DNA of 64,000 nucleotides, from contig NW_003314333.1 of assembly GCF_000143415.4 (NCBI RefSeq), forward strand, positions 248,001 through 312,000. Reading direction: 5' to 3'. The DNA is from Selaginella moellendorffii (Eukaryota; Plantae; Lycopodiophyta). Made by a program: the position numbers and the translations under genes. This document shows positions 34,401 through 46,699 of the stretch, piece by piece. The number at the start of each line of letters is the position of its first letter. Position 1 is the first letter of the stretch. The notes beneath the pieces were generated by a model that was given only the letters and a program-made list of their open reading frames with translations, made no database searches and was not told where the DNA came from.

Positions 34401-36374
34401 CTACGTTACCAGGAACATGATGCCGGTGATTTCTCGGTCGCGATCAAGCCCGAGCTTCTCTCCCTCTCGATCTCCCTGCCAGATCAACTCGGACAGCAGC
34501 GAATACACCGCGGTGTCCTCGTCGTCGAGCTCCACCACACGCGCCGCCGCGCGGCCGCCGCGATCGCTGTCACCGTGGTTCCTGCAAGCTCCCAGCAAGC
34601 TCCTCCATGAGACCGCATCGGGAGGCACCGGCATGGCGGCGATCACCTCCTCCGCCGCCGCCAGTTCCCCCGTCCGGCCCAGCAGATCCACGATGCAATT
34701 GTAGTGTCCCCTCGCGGGGCGGAGGTCCGAGTACTCGTTCATCAGTCGCAAGTAGCCGCAGGCCTCGGACACAACTCCGATGTGAGCACACGCGGCCAAG
34801 ATGGACGTGAAGCTCGCCTCGTCCGGAACCATGCCCTCAAGATTCATGGCGTGGAAGAGCGCCAGCGCCTCTCTGCAGCCCCAGACGTTCCGGGCATACG
34901 CCTCGAGGACGACGTTCCACGACACGAGGTTCTTCCACGGCATGGCCTCGAACGCTTGCCTCGCCTCGGACAGGATCCCGTGGTGGGCATACGCCGACAC
35001 CATGCCCGTCCACGAGATGACGGTCCTCCACGGCATGAGCAGGAACGTTCTCTTGGCCTCTTCCAGGAGCTTGCTCTGGGCGTAGATCATGAGCAGCGCC
35101 GTCCACGACACCACATCCCGCTCAGGCATTCCGTGGAATGTGTCCACTGCCTCGCTCAGTTGCCTGCGCTCGGCGTACGCTTGTAAGATCACGTTGCACG
35201 AAGGGACGCTCCACTTAGGGATTCTTGAAAAGGCCTGGATTCCCAGCTCCAGCTCCTCGTTCTGGGTATACGCGGCCACCACCGCATTCCACGAGACGAT
35301 GTTCTTCTCTGGCATCTCGTCAAACACGAGCTTCATGTCCGGGGTATGCCCCTTTTGGGCATACGCCGTCAGCATTGCGGTCCACGCCACCACGTCTTTG
35401 TAGGCCATGCTGTCAAACGCCGTCTTGGCCTTGTCAAGATGCCCGTTCAGGGCATACGCGTGGAACATGGCGTTTGTGAGCGATCGCTCCTGCCGGGCAG
35501 ACGCAAACGCCAGCTCCGCCCGTCTCACGTCCCCGCACTCGCCGTAGGCCTGTATCATCACCTGCCACGTACGCCAGTCCCGCTGGGGCATCCGCCACGC
35601 GACCCCCATTGACCGCTCGTATTGACCGTTGACGGCATAGCCGTGGATGAGCGCGTTCCACGTCACCACATTTCGCTGCGGCATGGCGTCAAACATGGCC
35701 TTCGCCTCATCAAGCCGGTCCTCCTCCACGTACGCCGCCAGGAGGGACGTCCACGAGACCACGTCCCACTCGGGCGCCAGGTGGAACGCCACGCTGGCCT
35801 CGTTAAGATGCCCAAACTGGGCAAGCCCGTGCATGATCACATTCCACGACTGGATGTTCCTCTCGGGCATGACTTGGAAGAGCCACGAAGCCTCCTCTAC
35901 GAGGCCAGCGTTAGCTTTCGCCGACACAAGGCAGTTCCAGGCGCTTAGATCCCATTGCGGGGTCTTGTGAAAGATTTCTGTAGCTTTCTCCAAATGCCCA
36001 TATTGGTGAAATGCGGTAACCATAGTATTCCATGAGATAACGTCCCTCTCCGGCATACCCTGGAAGCTCGCGAGCGCTTCGCCCAGATGTCTATTCTGTG
36101 CAAGGAGGTGGATCATCGTATTCCATGCACAGACGCTTGGATTGTCTAGTTGCTGGAAGAGCGAGCGTGCATCGTCCACACTGCCGCATCGCCCGTACAT
36201 GTGGAGAAGGAGATTGCTCAGCTGCTTGTCCTGCGCAAACCGGCTGGCCAGAATTTGCTCGTGAATTCGTCTTCCCTCGGCGATATCCCTGGTTCGCGTG
36301 CATGATCTCACAGCTCCCACCATGCACATCCATTCCTTCTTGGTCGCTGTCTCAGCCGCGAGCCATCGTAGCAT
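34401..36374 (-). CDS. PLS-class PPR protein ending in E domain (no DYW)
   Basis: Intronless 657-aa ORF; HYNCIVDLLGRTGEL...MPVPPDAVSWRSLLGACRNHG. Confidence 0.95.
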   Translation of the reverse strand: MLRWLAAETATKKEWMCMVGAVRSCTRTRDIAEGRRIHEQILASRFAQDKQLSNLLLHMYGRCGSVDDARSLFQQLDNPSVCAWNTMIHLLAQNRHLGEALASFQGMPERDVISWNTMVTAFHQYGHLEKATEIFHKTPQWDLSAWNCLVSAKANAGLVEEASWLFQVMPERNIQSWNVIMHGLAQFGHLNEASVAFHLAPEWDVVSWTSLLAAYVEEDRLDEAKAMFDAMPQRNVVTWNALIHGYAVNGQYERSMGVAWRMPQRDWRTWQVMIQAYGECGDVRRAELAFASARQERSLTNAMFHAYALNGHLDKAKTAFDSMAYKDVVAWTAMLTAYAQKGHTPDMKLVFDEMPEKNIVSWNAVVAAYTQNEELELGIQAFSRIPKWSVPSCNVILQAYAERRQLSEAVDTFHGMPERDVVSWTALLMIYAQSKLLEEAKRTFLLMPWRTVISWTGMVSAYAHHGILSEARQAFEAMPWKNLVSWNVVLEAYARNVWGCREALALFHAMNLEGMVPDEASFTSILAACAHIGVVSEACGYLRLMNEYSDLRPARGHYNCIVDLLGRTGELAAAEEVIAAMPVPPDAVSWRSLLGACRNHGDSDRGGRAAARVVELDDEDTAVYSLLSELIWQGDREGEKLGLDRDREITGIMFLVT

Positions 36375-36406
36375 GAATCACTCCTTCCTCCGTGATCGAT
36401 CGCTCA

Positions 36407-38797
36407 CTAGCCACATTGGCTGGAGATCGTCGAGAGCAGCAAATAGTGAGATGGGTTACTGGAATCTATCTCCATGGCGCGGCCAGCGGCAAATCTCGCC
36501 CTCTCCATGTCCTGGTGGATCCGGCAAGCCCCCAAGAGAGCTCCCCATGCTATAGTGCTCGGGGAGATGGGCATGCTCGTCACTATCTCCTCGGCCAGCT
36601 CCATCTTGCCGGCTCGTCCAAGCATATCGATCACGCAGGAATAGTGTTCCTTGGACGGAGCCACTCGAAAGTCATCCACCATCGACACGAAAACCTGGCG
36701 AGCTCGGCTCATCGATCCGACATGACTACAAGCGGACAAGACCGTCATCAGCGTGATCTCGTCGGGTGGAGCGCCCTCCAAGTTCATCGTCTGGAACGCA
36801 TCCAGAGCCTCGGTGTGGAATCCATTCGAGTCGTAGGCCTTGATCATCGCGTTCCACGACACGGCATTCCTCTCGGGCATCTCCTCGAAGAGACTCCTCG
36901 CCTCGTCCATATACCCCTTTTGGGCATACACGGAAACAATGGCCGTCCACGTTATCACACTCCTCTCCGGCATCTCCTCAAAGAGAGCTCGAGCTCGATC
37001 CAAATGCCCATGCTGGGCATTGCCTACAATCACCACCGTGACCGTCACGGTGCTCCACTCGGGCATTCGCTGGAATCCAGCCTCGGCCTCCTGGAGCCGA
37101 TCGTTCTGTGAGAGCGCTGCAATTAGCGCAGTCCAGGAGACACCATCTCGCTCCTCGGCGGCATCAAAGAGCTCCTTAGCTTGCTGGGGGCATTCAAACC
37201 GAGCGTAAGCGGAGATCATCGTGTTCCAAGACAGAAGCGCGTTGCTGGGCAATCGATCAAACACGAGCTTCGTCTCGGCGAGCTCTCCGGACTGGGACAA
37301 GGAGTGGAGCAGCCACGTCCAGTGGCTTCTCCCGCGCTCGGGCATGGAATCAAAAACTTGCCTGGCTCTTGCAGTGTCGGATCTCCTCACCAACGCATTG
37401 AAGAGCGCGTTCCAAGTCGCCACCCTGTGCTGTGGCATCCGCTGGAACATGAGCTCCGCTTGATCCGCGTGACCGGCCTCGGCGTGAGCTTGCATCATGC
37501 ACGTCCACGACACCACGTCCCTGTGAGGCATCGAATCGAACAAGCTCTTGCAGTGGGCTTCGTGGTGCTCTTGGCCATCGCTGCTGATATTCTTGGCATC
37601 TGCTGCGAGGAGAGAATTCAGCGTCACCAGGTTCATAGCCGGCATTCGATCGTATAGCGTCTTGGCCTCGTCGGTCTGCCCGGCTTCGACGTAAGCTTGC
37701 ATCATCGCGTTCCAAGACAAGAGGTCGCGCTTGGCCATCCTCTCGAAGAAGAGGCTCTCGGCCTCTCTCACCATGGTGCCAGTGTGAGCGTACGCTGCGA
37801 TCATTCCATTCCACGAGGATAGATCTTTCACTGGCGCTTGGTGGAACAGGCTCTCGGCTTCGTCGATCATCCCATTCTGCGCGTAGGCCTGGATCATGGC
37901 GTTCCACGACACAACGTCCCGGTAGGGGATCTTGAGAAAGAAACTCTCGGCGCCCTCGACGCAGCCATCGTTCGCAAAGGCCGCTATCATCGTTCCCCAC
38001 GAGACCTCGGTCCGGCAGGGCATGCTGTCGAACCCGGCCTTTGCTCCCTCGGGATCGCCCTTGAAAGCGTGAGCGGCCAGCAAGACATTCCACGACACCA
38101 CGCTTCGATCAGGCATTACATCGAAGATCTCTTTGGCCTTGTCGTAATGCTCGCTGTGAACGTAAGCAGTCATCATAGTCGTGCTTGCAATCGGGCTCCA
38201 AACTGGGATCTTCTCAAACACTTCGCGAGCGTTGTGCACAAGCCCGTTCTGGGCAAATGCTTGTATCATCCCGTTCCACGACACAATATTCCTCTCCAAC
38301 GAAGAATCAAACATTCTCTTTGAAGTATCAACTTCGCCATTCGATGCATACGCAGATATCATAGCATTGCACGACACCAAATTCCACTGAGGTGTCAGAA
38401 AGAAAGCTCTTTCACAAAATCCCAAATGCCCACCTTGGGCAACTGCTGCGATGATGGCATTCCAAGAAACCACGTCTCGCACGGGCATCCGATCGAAAAT
38501 CTTCTGCACATACTGGACGGCGCCATTGTCGGCGTAGGCCTGGATCATGATATTCCAGGAGAAGACATTGGGCTCCTGGGTCGCTGCAAACACGGCCTCG
38601 GCATCTTGAGGGCGGCCGCATTTTCCATACATCTGGACGAGGAGATTGCGGAGGAAAGTGTTGTGGGCGTGATCGCTGGCTTGGATCTGAGCGTGGATGC
38701 GCTTTCCCTCTGCCAAATCCTTGGCCGCCGCGCAATGCTTGAGGCTCCTGGCAAAAAGATCTTGCTGTTGCTTCCGCTGCAACAAAGCTAGGCTCAT
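36407..38797 (-). CDS. PLS-class PPR protein ending in E domain (no DYW)
   Basis: Intronless 796-aa ORF; HYSCVIDMLGRAG...AWGALLGACRIH...HYLLLSTI. Confidence 0.95.
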   Translation of the reverse strand: MSLALLQRKQQQDLFARSLKHCAAAKDLAEGKRIHAQIQASDHAHNTFLRNLLVQMYGKCGRPQDAEAVFAATQEPNVFSWNIMIQAYADNGAVQYVQKIFDRMPVRDVVSWNAIIAAVAQGGHLGFCERAFFLTPQWNLVSCNAMISAYASNGEVDTSKRMFDSSLERNIVSWNGMIQAFAQNGLVHNAREVFEKIPVWSPIASTTMMTAYVHSEHYDKAKEIFDVMPDRSVVSWNVLLAAHAFKGDPEGAKAGFDSMPCRTEVSWGTMIAAFANDGCVEGAESFFLKIPYRDVVSWNAMIQAYAQNGMIDEAESLFHQAPVKDLSSWNGMIAAYAHTGTMVREAESLFFERMAKRDLLSWNAMMQAYVEAGQTDEAKTLYDRMPAMNLVTLNSLLAADAKNISSDGQEHHEAHCKSLFDSMPHRDVVSWTCMMQAHAEAGHADQAELMFQRMPQHRVATWNALFNALVRRSDTARARQVFDSMPERGRSHWTWLLHSLSQSGELAETKLVFDRLPSNALLSWNTMISAYARFECPQQAKELFDAAEERDGVSWTALIAALSQNDRLQEAEAGFQRMPEWSTVTVTVVIVGNAQHGHLDRARALFEEMPERSVITWTAIVSVYAQKGYMDEARSLFEEMPERNAVSWNAMIKAYDSNGFHTEALDAFQTMNLEGAPPDEITLMTVLSACSHVGSMSRARQVFVSMVDDFRVAPSKEHYSCVIDMLGRAGKMELAEEIVTSMPISPSTIAWGALLGACRIHQDMERARFAAGRAMEIDSSNPSHYLLLSTISSQCG

Positions 38798-38932
38798 ATC
38801 CTTCCCGGGCCATGGGCGCGGCTACAGGTGTGCCGTGGGACGTCGCAGACCCATGGCGCGATCAACACACCGTGTGCGCGGGAATAAAGGCCATAATTTG
38901 AAAAGGGGCCCTAGGGTTCGTGGTCAGTGGCG

Positions 38933-40878
38933 ATGGCGAAAGACGTGGGAATTCTCGCAATGGAGGTCTACTTTCCGGGCGTGTGCGTCAACCAGGTACT
39001 GTGATCTTTCATGTCGATCCATGATCCATGATTGACGATCGATCGAGCGATCGCTTTTCAGGTAGACTTGGCGAAGTTTGACAAAGTGCCGCCAAAGTAC
39101 TACACCGAAGGCTTGGGACAGGAGCGCCTGGCTTTCTGCGAGGACACCGAAGATGTGATCTCCATGAGGTGCTACGATCGCACAAGTTCTCTCAGGGAAC
39201 GCAAGCCTCTTCACTAGAATTCTCGTTCTAAGTTTGTTTGATAGCTTGACAGTGGTCAAATCGCTCTTGGAGAATTATAACATATCTCCTTCAAGCATTG
39301 GACGGCTCGAGGTTGGAAGCGAGACCGTGATTGACAAGAGCAAGTCCATCAAAAGCTACCTCATGCCTTTGTTCGAGGTGAGATGAGACTGAGATCGTCA
39401 TTCGTCTTTGGTCTATGTAACGTTGGTTAAAAACCTGGACAGGAGAACAGTGGCATTGAAGGCGTTGACTCCACCAATGCTTGCTATGGAGGAACCGCAG
39501 CGCTCTTCAACTGTGTCAACTGGATCGAAAGTCGCTCATGGGACGGAAGGCTTGCGATCGTTGTAGCCGCAGACATTGCGGTAAGTTTTCGATCATGGAG
39601 CTAAACCGGTGACCTGCATGTCAATTGCAGGTTTATGCTGAAGGCGCTGCTCGTCCCAGCGGCGGTGCTGGTGCAGTTGCCATGCTTGTAGGACCGAACG
39701 CGCCGCTTGTTCTTGATCGAAGCTATACCGGAACGTACATGGCTCACGTCTATGATTTCTACAAGCCTGACTTAAGCAGTGAATATCCGGTACATTGCTA
39801 CGTCTCCGTTGTTTTTCTTTTTCTTTTCTCACTTGGAATTGTGCTGTCGTCCAGGTGGTTGACTCCAAACTATCCCAAAAGTGCTACCTCAAGGCACTAG
39901 ATGTGTGCTACAAGAGATACTGCGAAAGGTGTGAATCGTGTTTCGTTAAAGCGCATGCTTCTTAAATATGGATGCAGATACGAGAGCATGGAGGCGAGAC
40001 CGTTCACTGTCCAGGAAGCACACTTTCTAGTCTTCCATGCACCTTTTAACAAGGTTTGGATCCTTTGGCGATTTCCGATGTATTCATTTAGTCTATTCCA
40101 GCTCGTTCGGAGAAGTTTTGAGCGGCTGCTGTGGAATGACTACCAGCGGGACTGCAGGTATCTCTTTACAAAACCTTGTTCTTGACTATGGCGTATTCAC
40201 CGTAGGACCTTGTGTACAGTTCTCTGGGAGAAGATGGAGAAAAACTCAAACCGTTTCAAGGATTGACGGCAGACGACATCGTCAGCAATGCAAGTCTCAA
40301 AGAGGTGAATTACAAATCTGTGGAGTTTTTTCTCACAGGCCGAATATCTCTTACAGGTCATGAAAGCTGTAGCGGAGCCTGGATATGATGCAAAGGTTTC
40401 CCCTTCGACGCTGATTCCGAGACGAGTCGGCAATATGTATTGCGCATCACTGTATGCTGGCCTAGCTTCCCTGGTCCACAACAAGGCCAGCTTACTCGAC
40501 GATGGCCAAAGCATTCTCATGTTCTCGTATGGAAGCGGGCTGGCATCGTCTCTCTTTTCCATCCGCGTCAGAAGAGTGGAAGGTGTTCACAGCTTGGAGA
40601 ACGTGGCCAAGACAATGGCAATCTCAGAGAAACTCGATTCTTGTGTTGCGGTACGCTGTCTTTCTTCGTTCTTATCACATATAAATTGTAATCTATGTTT
40701 TGCACGGCAGGTTTCTCCAGAAAAGTTTGTGGAGACGATGAAGCTAATGGAGAGTCGATATGGTTCCAAAGACTTCGTCCCATTGGGCGATTTGGCACCT
40801 GTTAGGCCGGGAGCATTCTACTTGGCTCGAGTAGACTCTCTATATCGCAGAACCTACGAACGACGAGCTCTAACTTGA
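38933..40878 (+). CDS. HMGS: Hydroxymethylglutaryl-CoA synthase (multi-exon)
   Basis: [15 protein letters not shown]; [18 protein letters not shown]; [12 protein letters not shown]; [18 protein letters not shown]; HVYDFYKP; FHAPFNK; GNMYCASLY; MFSYGSG. Confidence 0.95.
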
Positions 40879-41019
40879 GTTAGAACTTCGAAGAGATTTT
40901 GTCACCGAAAACTTCGTATTAAAAGATCTCAGAAATGGTAGTCCGATAACACCAGTAACGAGGATTCTCACGCTCGAATTCTCATCTGTTCTAGCCGGAT
41001 CACGGCGCCATAAAAAAAT

Positions 41020-41920
41020 CGTGTCAAACAAGTCTCTAGCGCCAGGCATTGCATCTATGATCTTTCGCCTCTCAGGCAGTCCAAACTGGGATCTTCTAGC
41101 CTTGTGCACGAGCCCGTTGCGGACGTATGCTTGAATAGTCCCATTCCACAATACGATTTTCCGTTCCAACACCGAATCAAAACACAGAGATCGCAGCTTT
41201 ACTACTTGATGCGTTGGCAGAGATCATTTGTGACACGACACCAAGTTCCATTTCGGTGTCAACCCGCTCTTAAGAACACAAATGCCCCTATTGGGCAGCT
41301 GCTGCAACGATAGCGTTTCAAGAGACCACGTCTCGCACGGGCATTCGATTATACTTCGCAAATGTCTGGAGACATGCAGAAAACACGCCCTCGGCACCTT
41401 GAGGGCAAGAAGCGCTACTGGCGACGTTTAGGCGGTTTACTCACTTGATCTAGACTCGGCGTTGCCTGTGCAATCAGGACAATAATCGCCACTAGAAACA
41501 CAAAACACTATGTGAGATCTGGTTGGAATTGCAGGGATCATGTAAAGGCTTTAAAAGGCCAGGAAACACAGCTAGAATTGCGAAATCAGTCTGTCGCGTC
41601 CCCTGGTAAGAAAGGGCCCAATTGTTGGCACCACCTTGCCGGCCACTGGAGTATATTCTTCTGCATATACCAGCTGATTCCAACTCCAACACTAAATTTC
41701 ATTGCAATGATGTTTAAAGACAAACCCTAAGAAGCATACAAACGCCCGCTCTATAAAGGTGGCCAGTGCGTTAACATTGGGCTCGCGGATTGTAGCAAAC
41801 AAGCCCTGGGCAATGTTGAGGGCACTTGCCATACGAGATTGGCAAAGGAGCCGGCGAATCCTTGGCCGCCGCGCAACGCCTGTCAAAAAGATCTTCCTGT
41901 TAAAGTATCGCATATCCTGT
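41020..41920 (-). pseudogene. Two relic pieces of the 5' part of PPR 36407-38797 (about 41020-41420 and 41740-41920)
   Basis: 41095-41405 aligns by eye with 38222-38615 (e.g. accacgtctcgcacgggcat). 41858-41918 aligns with 38717-38801 (atccttggccgccgcgcaa...caaaaagatctt). Confidence 0.85.
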
Positions 41921-42102
41921 CATGGTCATCGTTGTCACGAAACCAGAGGAGGAGATCCGGGCCATCCGATCCTGATCTAACGGCTCTAACTGACTGCTTC
42001 TTCATTTACAAAATTGTACAAGCCACTCCTTTGTCTCTGTAACAAAAGATAGCGCCCCTTTTCCAGGCCAAGCGAGCGAGCTAGCTGCCTATAGCCTTCT
42101 AC

Positions 42103-42608
42103 CTAGAACTGGCACGAAGTTCCCAGTCTCATCTGCTGTAGCCGGATCATCGCGCTCCCCTTCTCCGCGTTGTGTCGCTCCAAAACTTGGCCACAAACGC
42201 CGTGGAAGCATCGCATGAAAGCGTTCCATTCCCTGTCGCACAGGCTCGACAGGGCCAAGGACGTCTCCGCCGGCCGGGCAGTGCTGCGCTTGTGCGCGGA
42301 CGCCGATGCAAACCCCTTGGAGGAGGCTCGCTTCTTCTTGGCTTTCTTCTTTTTAGAGTTCATCCGACCGATGCTGCTGCTGGGTGTGGTGACGCAGCTG
42401 GAGCAGCAGCCTCTGGATCGATCCAGGCCGAGATCGAGATCGTCATCGTCATCCCCTTCGTCGTCGTCATCACCGTCCTCCTCCTCCTCCTCCTCCTCCT
42501 CCTCTCTGACTGGCTGCATCTCGGACACCGACCGGAAGAGCTGCTTCTTCACCGGCGAAGTTCGTGGCGAGCTCTTCGCGTCGCTAGCAGCTCGCGATGG
42601 AGAGATTA

Positions 42609-42639
<31 letters not shown>

Positions 42640-44166
42640 CTCGTCCATGTCGATCTCAAACACCTGTTCCTCGTCGTCGTCATCTTCTTCATGTCCGCCA
42701 CCCTTCTCGTTCTCGGACTCGTCCGTCACCAATTGCGATCCGGCTAGCGCTGACTCCTGTGCCGCCTGATCTCTGGCCACTGTACACATCTTCTCCAGCT
42801 CGCTGCTGCACGTCTCGCCACTGTCGTCCAGCTCCCTGCTCATCATCGACCCGACTTCCGCCAGGCACAGCCCGGCCTCGGCCGCTCGCTTCAGGAAGCT
42901 CGTGCACAGGATCATCATCCGGATGCACGCTTCCTTGAGCATGGGGAGCTGCTTCCTCAGCATGTCCGCGTCCTTGGCCGGATCCAACACCCGGATGTAG
43001 TCGAGCTCCTCCTCGGAGAACGGGAAGGAAGCCTGCGGCCAATGCAGCCACTCAAAGTATGGATCTTCGATGCTCTCCGGGAGGCACAGGCCGTGATCGA
43101 TGGGGATGAGCTCCACCGAGTTACACATGTTGGTGGTGGCGGCGGTGGTGGTGTTGTGGCGGACGAGGATGTTCCCGGCATGGCGATCCGTGTTGAAGAG
43201 CCGGACGTCGAGGATTCCCACGCGGTGGACTGCCGAGGCCGGGAAGCGCGAGCAGCCGCATTCGCTGGCCTCGTAGTCGTGCTCCACGAACTCCTGGAAC
43301 GATCCAATCTTGGCGGGCTTGCTCCCGGACCGACTCCACGCCGAGTTGATGTGGAAGATGGGATGCACGGCCTTGACAAGAACAGTGGCCGGCACCTGGG
43401 CGAAGTGGCCGTGATCCAGGAGATACGCGGCCACCTCGCGAATGCCAGTCTCGCCGACGCGGATGGATCGACTGAGCCCGGCCTGTCCGAGGCGGCGGCC
43501 CACGAATCCTCGCGGATTGTTGGGCGCCAGTGGCTCCTCGTCCGCTGGCTTGACGATGGCGATCTTCTTGCCGTGGCGATCTCGGAAGTAGTAGGCTCCT
43601 CCCAGTCCTCCCTGCGCTGGGAGCGGCTCCACGCCACGCTCGATCCCGGCACAGCTCTCCTGGATGAGGCGCTTGATCCTGGCGCAGCAGCTCCATCCGC
43701 CCACGATCTCGAACGGGCCGCGGCTGTCCTCCTCCTCCTCCTCCCCCCCGAGAAAGATTGCCGCATTGCTCTCTTTCTTGGACGGGCAGAGGCACGGCGT
43801 GGAGAAGCTCCGGTGGATGGTGCTGCTGCGCGCCAGCAGCACGGGCGAGTCGCAGCGCAGCTCGCTCACGTCGTCCTCGAGGACGTGATCCCCGAAAGAA
43901 AGATCGCTGTTCTCCGTGGAGATGCGCAGCACCGCCTGGATCTTCTTCTTGATCGACTGGACCTTGTCGCTGCGGTGGACCTCCATCCCCAGCACGCTGC
44001 CGTTGTCCGTCTGGACAAAGATCCGCCGCCTCCATCCCTGCTGCTTCTTCCACTGCTGCTTACCTTGCCCATCGCCCCCGCCGCAGCCGCCCCCTCCATG
44101 CAGCAGCCGCGCCTCTTGCTCGAGCTCGGGCATCGCCATAGCCAGGGATGGAGCTTCCGGCGGCAT
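42103..44166 (-). CDS. PI4KG: Type II phosphatidylinositol 4-kinase gamma with ubiquitin-like domain
   Basis: RRRIFVQTDNGSVLGM (UBL); GGLGGAYYF; IVKPADEEPLAPNNPRG; REVAAYLLDH; LDVRLFNTDRHAGNIL; PIDHGLCLPE; FEWLHWPQAS; LGTSCQF*. The ORF extends to 44502, so the start is uncertain. Confidence 0.92.
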
Positions 44167-44705
44167 TCTCGATCGATCTCTCCGCGCCGGGAGCTGGGAG
44201 GCGAGGGAGGAGGATTGAAAGAGAGAAACAAGAAGAACGCTCTCCTCCGCCTCTCTCTTTCTCTCTCTCTCCTTTTCTTTCTCGCGTCCTCCTCTCTGCA
44301 GCGTAGCAGAGGTAGGTTGGCTGGCTGCGTTGGCCGGTCGGGGGTTCGAGTCTCGCCGGCTACGCCCGACGTTAGAGCTGCCGCCATGCATCTCGGGATC
44401 GATTCCTCTCCCACTCGCAAATCTCTCCTCTCTCTCTCTTTGTTTGCATGAGAGAGAACGAATTTTGGATGAGGAGGATGGGTCCAATGTCGCTGTCACC
44501 ATTACGACAAAGTACGCTCTTACGATGTGATTGCATTTGCCAATTTTTTTGTATGGTGCATTGGTCCATCTGTCTAAATGCCAAAGTGCCCTTCCCTCAT
44601 CTTTAGGAAAGGGGGAATATCTTTCGAATTACTACCGGGTCAAACCTTCTAGCTAGCGGGGACGCGTTCGATTCCCGGGACTGGCAATTCTCAAGAAGCT
44701 TGGCT

Positions 44706-45992
44706 ATGGCGTTTGCCCTCGCAGCGTCCCCTCTTCCCTCCAGGCCCGGCAGTCTGCCGCGGCTGAGGAGCAATCGCAATGTCGTCGTGGTGCCAGTGCG
44801 ATGTCGGTCGCAATTGCAACCGCAGCATCGCCGCCTGGTGCTGCGGCTGTGCGCCACCACAGACACGAAAGAAGCTGAGAAAGAAGAAGAGGACGCGCTC
44901 GCTGCTGATGAATCCGGAGGAGTCAGTGGCGGCATTGGCGATGGCAATGGAGATTCCGGCGATGGCGGCGGGGGTGGATTGAGCTGGCTGTTCAATGCGC
45001 CAGTGTATGTTCTATGGGCGGGATTGATTGGGTACGCTTTCACCATGGCTCCAAATCAAACGCCGGTAAGAGGATAGCTTAGAGGATTGGAGTTTTCCTT
45101 CCCTTCTCGATGGTTTCCACCACCAATTCCATTCAGTACAGGGATCAATTGTTCGTGGAGAAGCTGCTGCTCTTGCGAGGCGACGAAGGTTTCTCGATCA
45201 ACCCGGTGCTTGTCACGGTCTGGTTTAGCATGGGCCTTCTTCCACTCATCTATGCGATGCTTCTCATCCCCACTGGAAGAAGGTAGGTACTTGAAGTTTC
45301 GATTTGGAAGAACAAAGCTCACGAAACTTTTCTACTTCCAGTGCGAAAGGTGGCGTTCCTGTGTGGCCGTTTTCTCTCGTTTCTTTCTTCACGGGGGTTT
45401 TTGCCTTGTTGCCGTACTTTGGGCTGTGGAATCCACCGCCACCCCGCGTAACCAAGCAAGAGCTCAGCACCTGGCCTCTCGTGGTGCTGGAATCAAAAAT
45501 CTTGTCTTTTGTAAGTTTGTCTCGATTTCTTCCTCAAGTGTGATTTTGATTTTTTTTTTTCCTTCTCGATCGATGTGTATCCAGTTTGTAGCCGCTTGCG
45601 CGCTTGGACTGGCCGCGAAAGCAGCGCTTTCCAACAGTGAGAGCTGGAGTCAGTACTTCGGATTTTTCCGAGAGAGCCGATTTGTAAGGATTTCAAGTTG
45701 CCGAGTTTGGCGTGACTTGGATCACCGGTTTTTTGTGCAGATTCACGTGATGAGCATCGACTTTGTCTTGCTTAATCTGCTCGTGGTCTTCTGGGTGTTC
45801 AACGATATCACGTTTCGGAGGTAACTCGAGTCGAGTCGAGCTTGTGATCACTGATAGGATCTTCATCTTCATTGGTGCTTTTCCAGGTCCAATAACTCAT
45901 GGCTGATTCCAGTGTCCATCATTCCACTCGTTGGTCCTGCATTATATCTCCTCTTGAGACCCGGCTTGCCGCCGCAAATGGTCGACGAGTAA
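44706..45992 (+). CDS. Plastid multi-pass membrane protein, DUF2834-like (multi-exon)
   Basis: Transit peptide; WAGLIGYAFTMAPNQTP; VPVWPF...ALLPYFGLW; ESRFIHVMSIDF; VFND; IPLVGPALYLLLRP...QMVDE*. Confidence 0.8.
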
Positions 45993-46699
45993 TGTTTTGT
46001 GTCCAGGCAATCAATCTTTTTCTGGTCGGTCGAGATTTCCGGGAATTCGTTGGGCTTGCCGCTTTTGCATTCGTTGTCGGCACTGTCATGTCAAAGTGCA
46101 CGTCTTCAATCGCCAATCAAGCTTCGAGTTGATCGCGTCCACGATCACGGGACACTTGCAGCTCACACGTATTGGTTTTGGTCTTTTGCTTTGCTTCAAG
46201 ACAAACTTGGTTTACCTGTGCTCTCGTCAATCCGGAGTTCCTGCAATGAGTTTCGATCGAATTTTACTCCCAGTTGAAAGTTCTGAGATCGTGCCGTGAT
46301 CTCTGGCATATGGCCCCCCTGGGAGCAAACTTTCTCAATCTTTCGTAAGTGCTATGACAGGGTCCACCTAGAGGAAATTTTTCAAGGGGGAGAATTTTTA
46401 ACCTCTTGTTCCAGAATCTATAATTTATAAATTATTCCCATGGTCTCAATAAGGTGAATTTTATAACAGCTTATAAAAAGTCTATAGTGTCCATTAACTT
46501 TCTCTTCGGATACCAGCGTGGGCACTCCACACTGACGGAGCTCTTCACCCCCGCAGTTCATCGATTTCATCGATTCTCTCCTTCAGTAAAACTTCCTTCG
46601 CTTTGTCTAGCAGTCTCCGCCAGGAAATCCTGACCGTCCGTTTGTCATTTGTATACCGTATAAAGTCCCGAAGAACCCTAATTCCTTTTCCGTAGGGCA

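Noticed and set aside
34401-38797. Stop-codon readthrough fusing the two tandem PPRs
   Set aside because: The 32-nt gap puts them out of frame.
1-40878. Isoprenoid biosynthetic gene cluster (Z-ISO, CPR, HMGS)
   Set aside because: The genes are 11-24 kb apart, act in different compartments and pathways, and are separated by unrelated genes; no terpene synthase or P450 is present.
43042-44451. Long antisense or alternative-frame ORFs over PI4K, PPRs and other genes (also 20468-21310, 15534-16127)
   Set aside because: Expected shadows of GC-rich or repetitive coding sequence; no recognisable domains.
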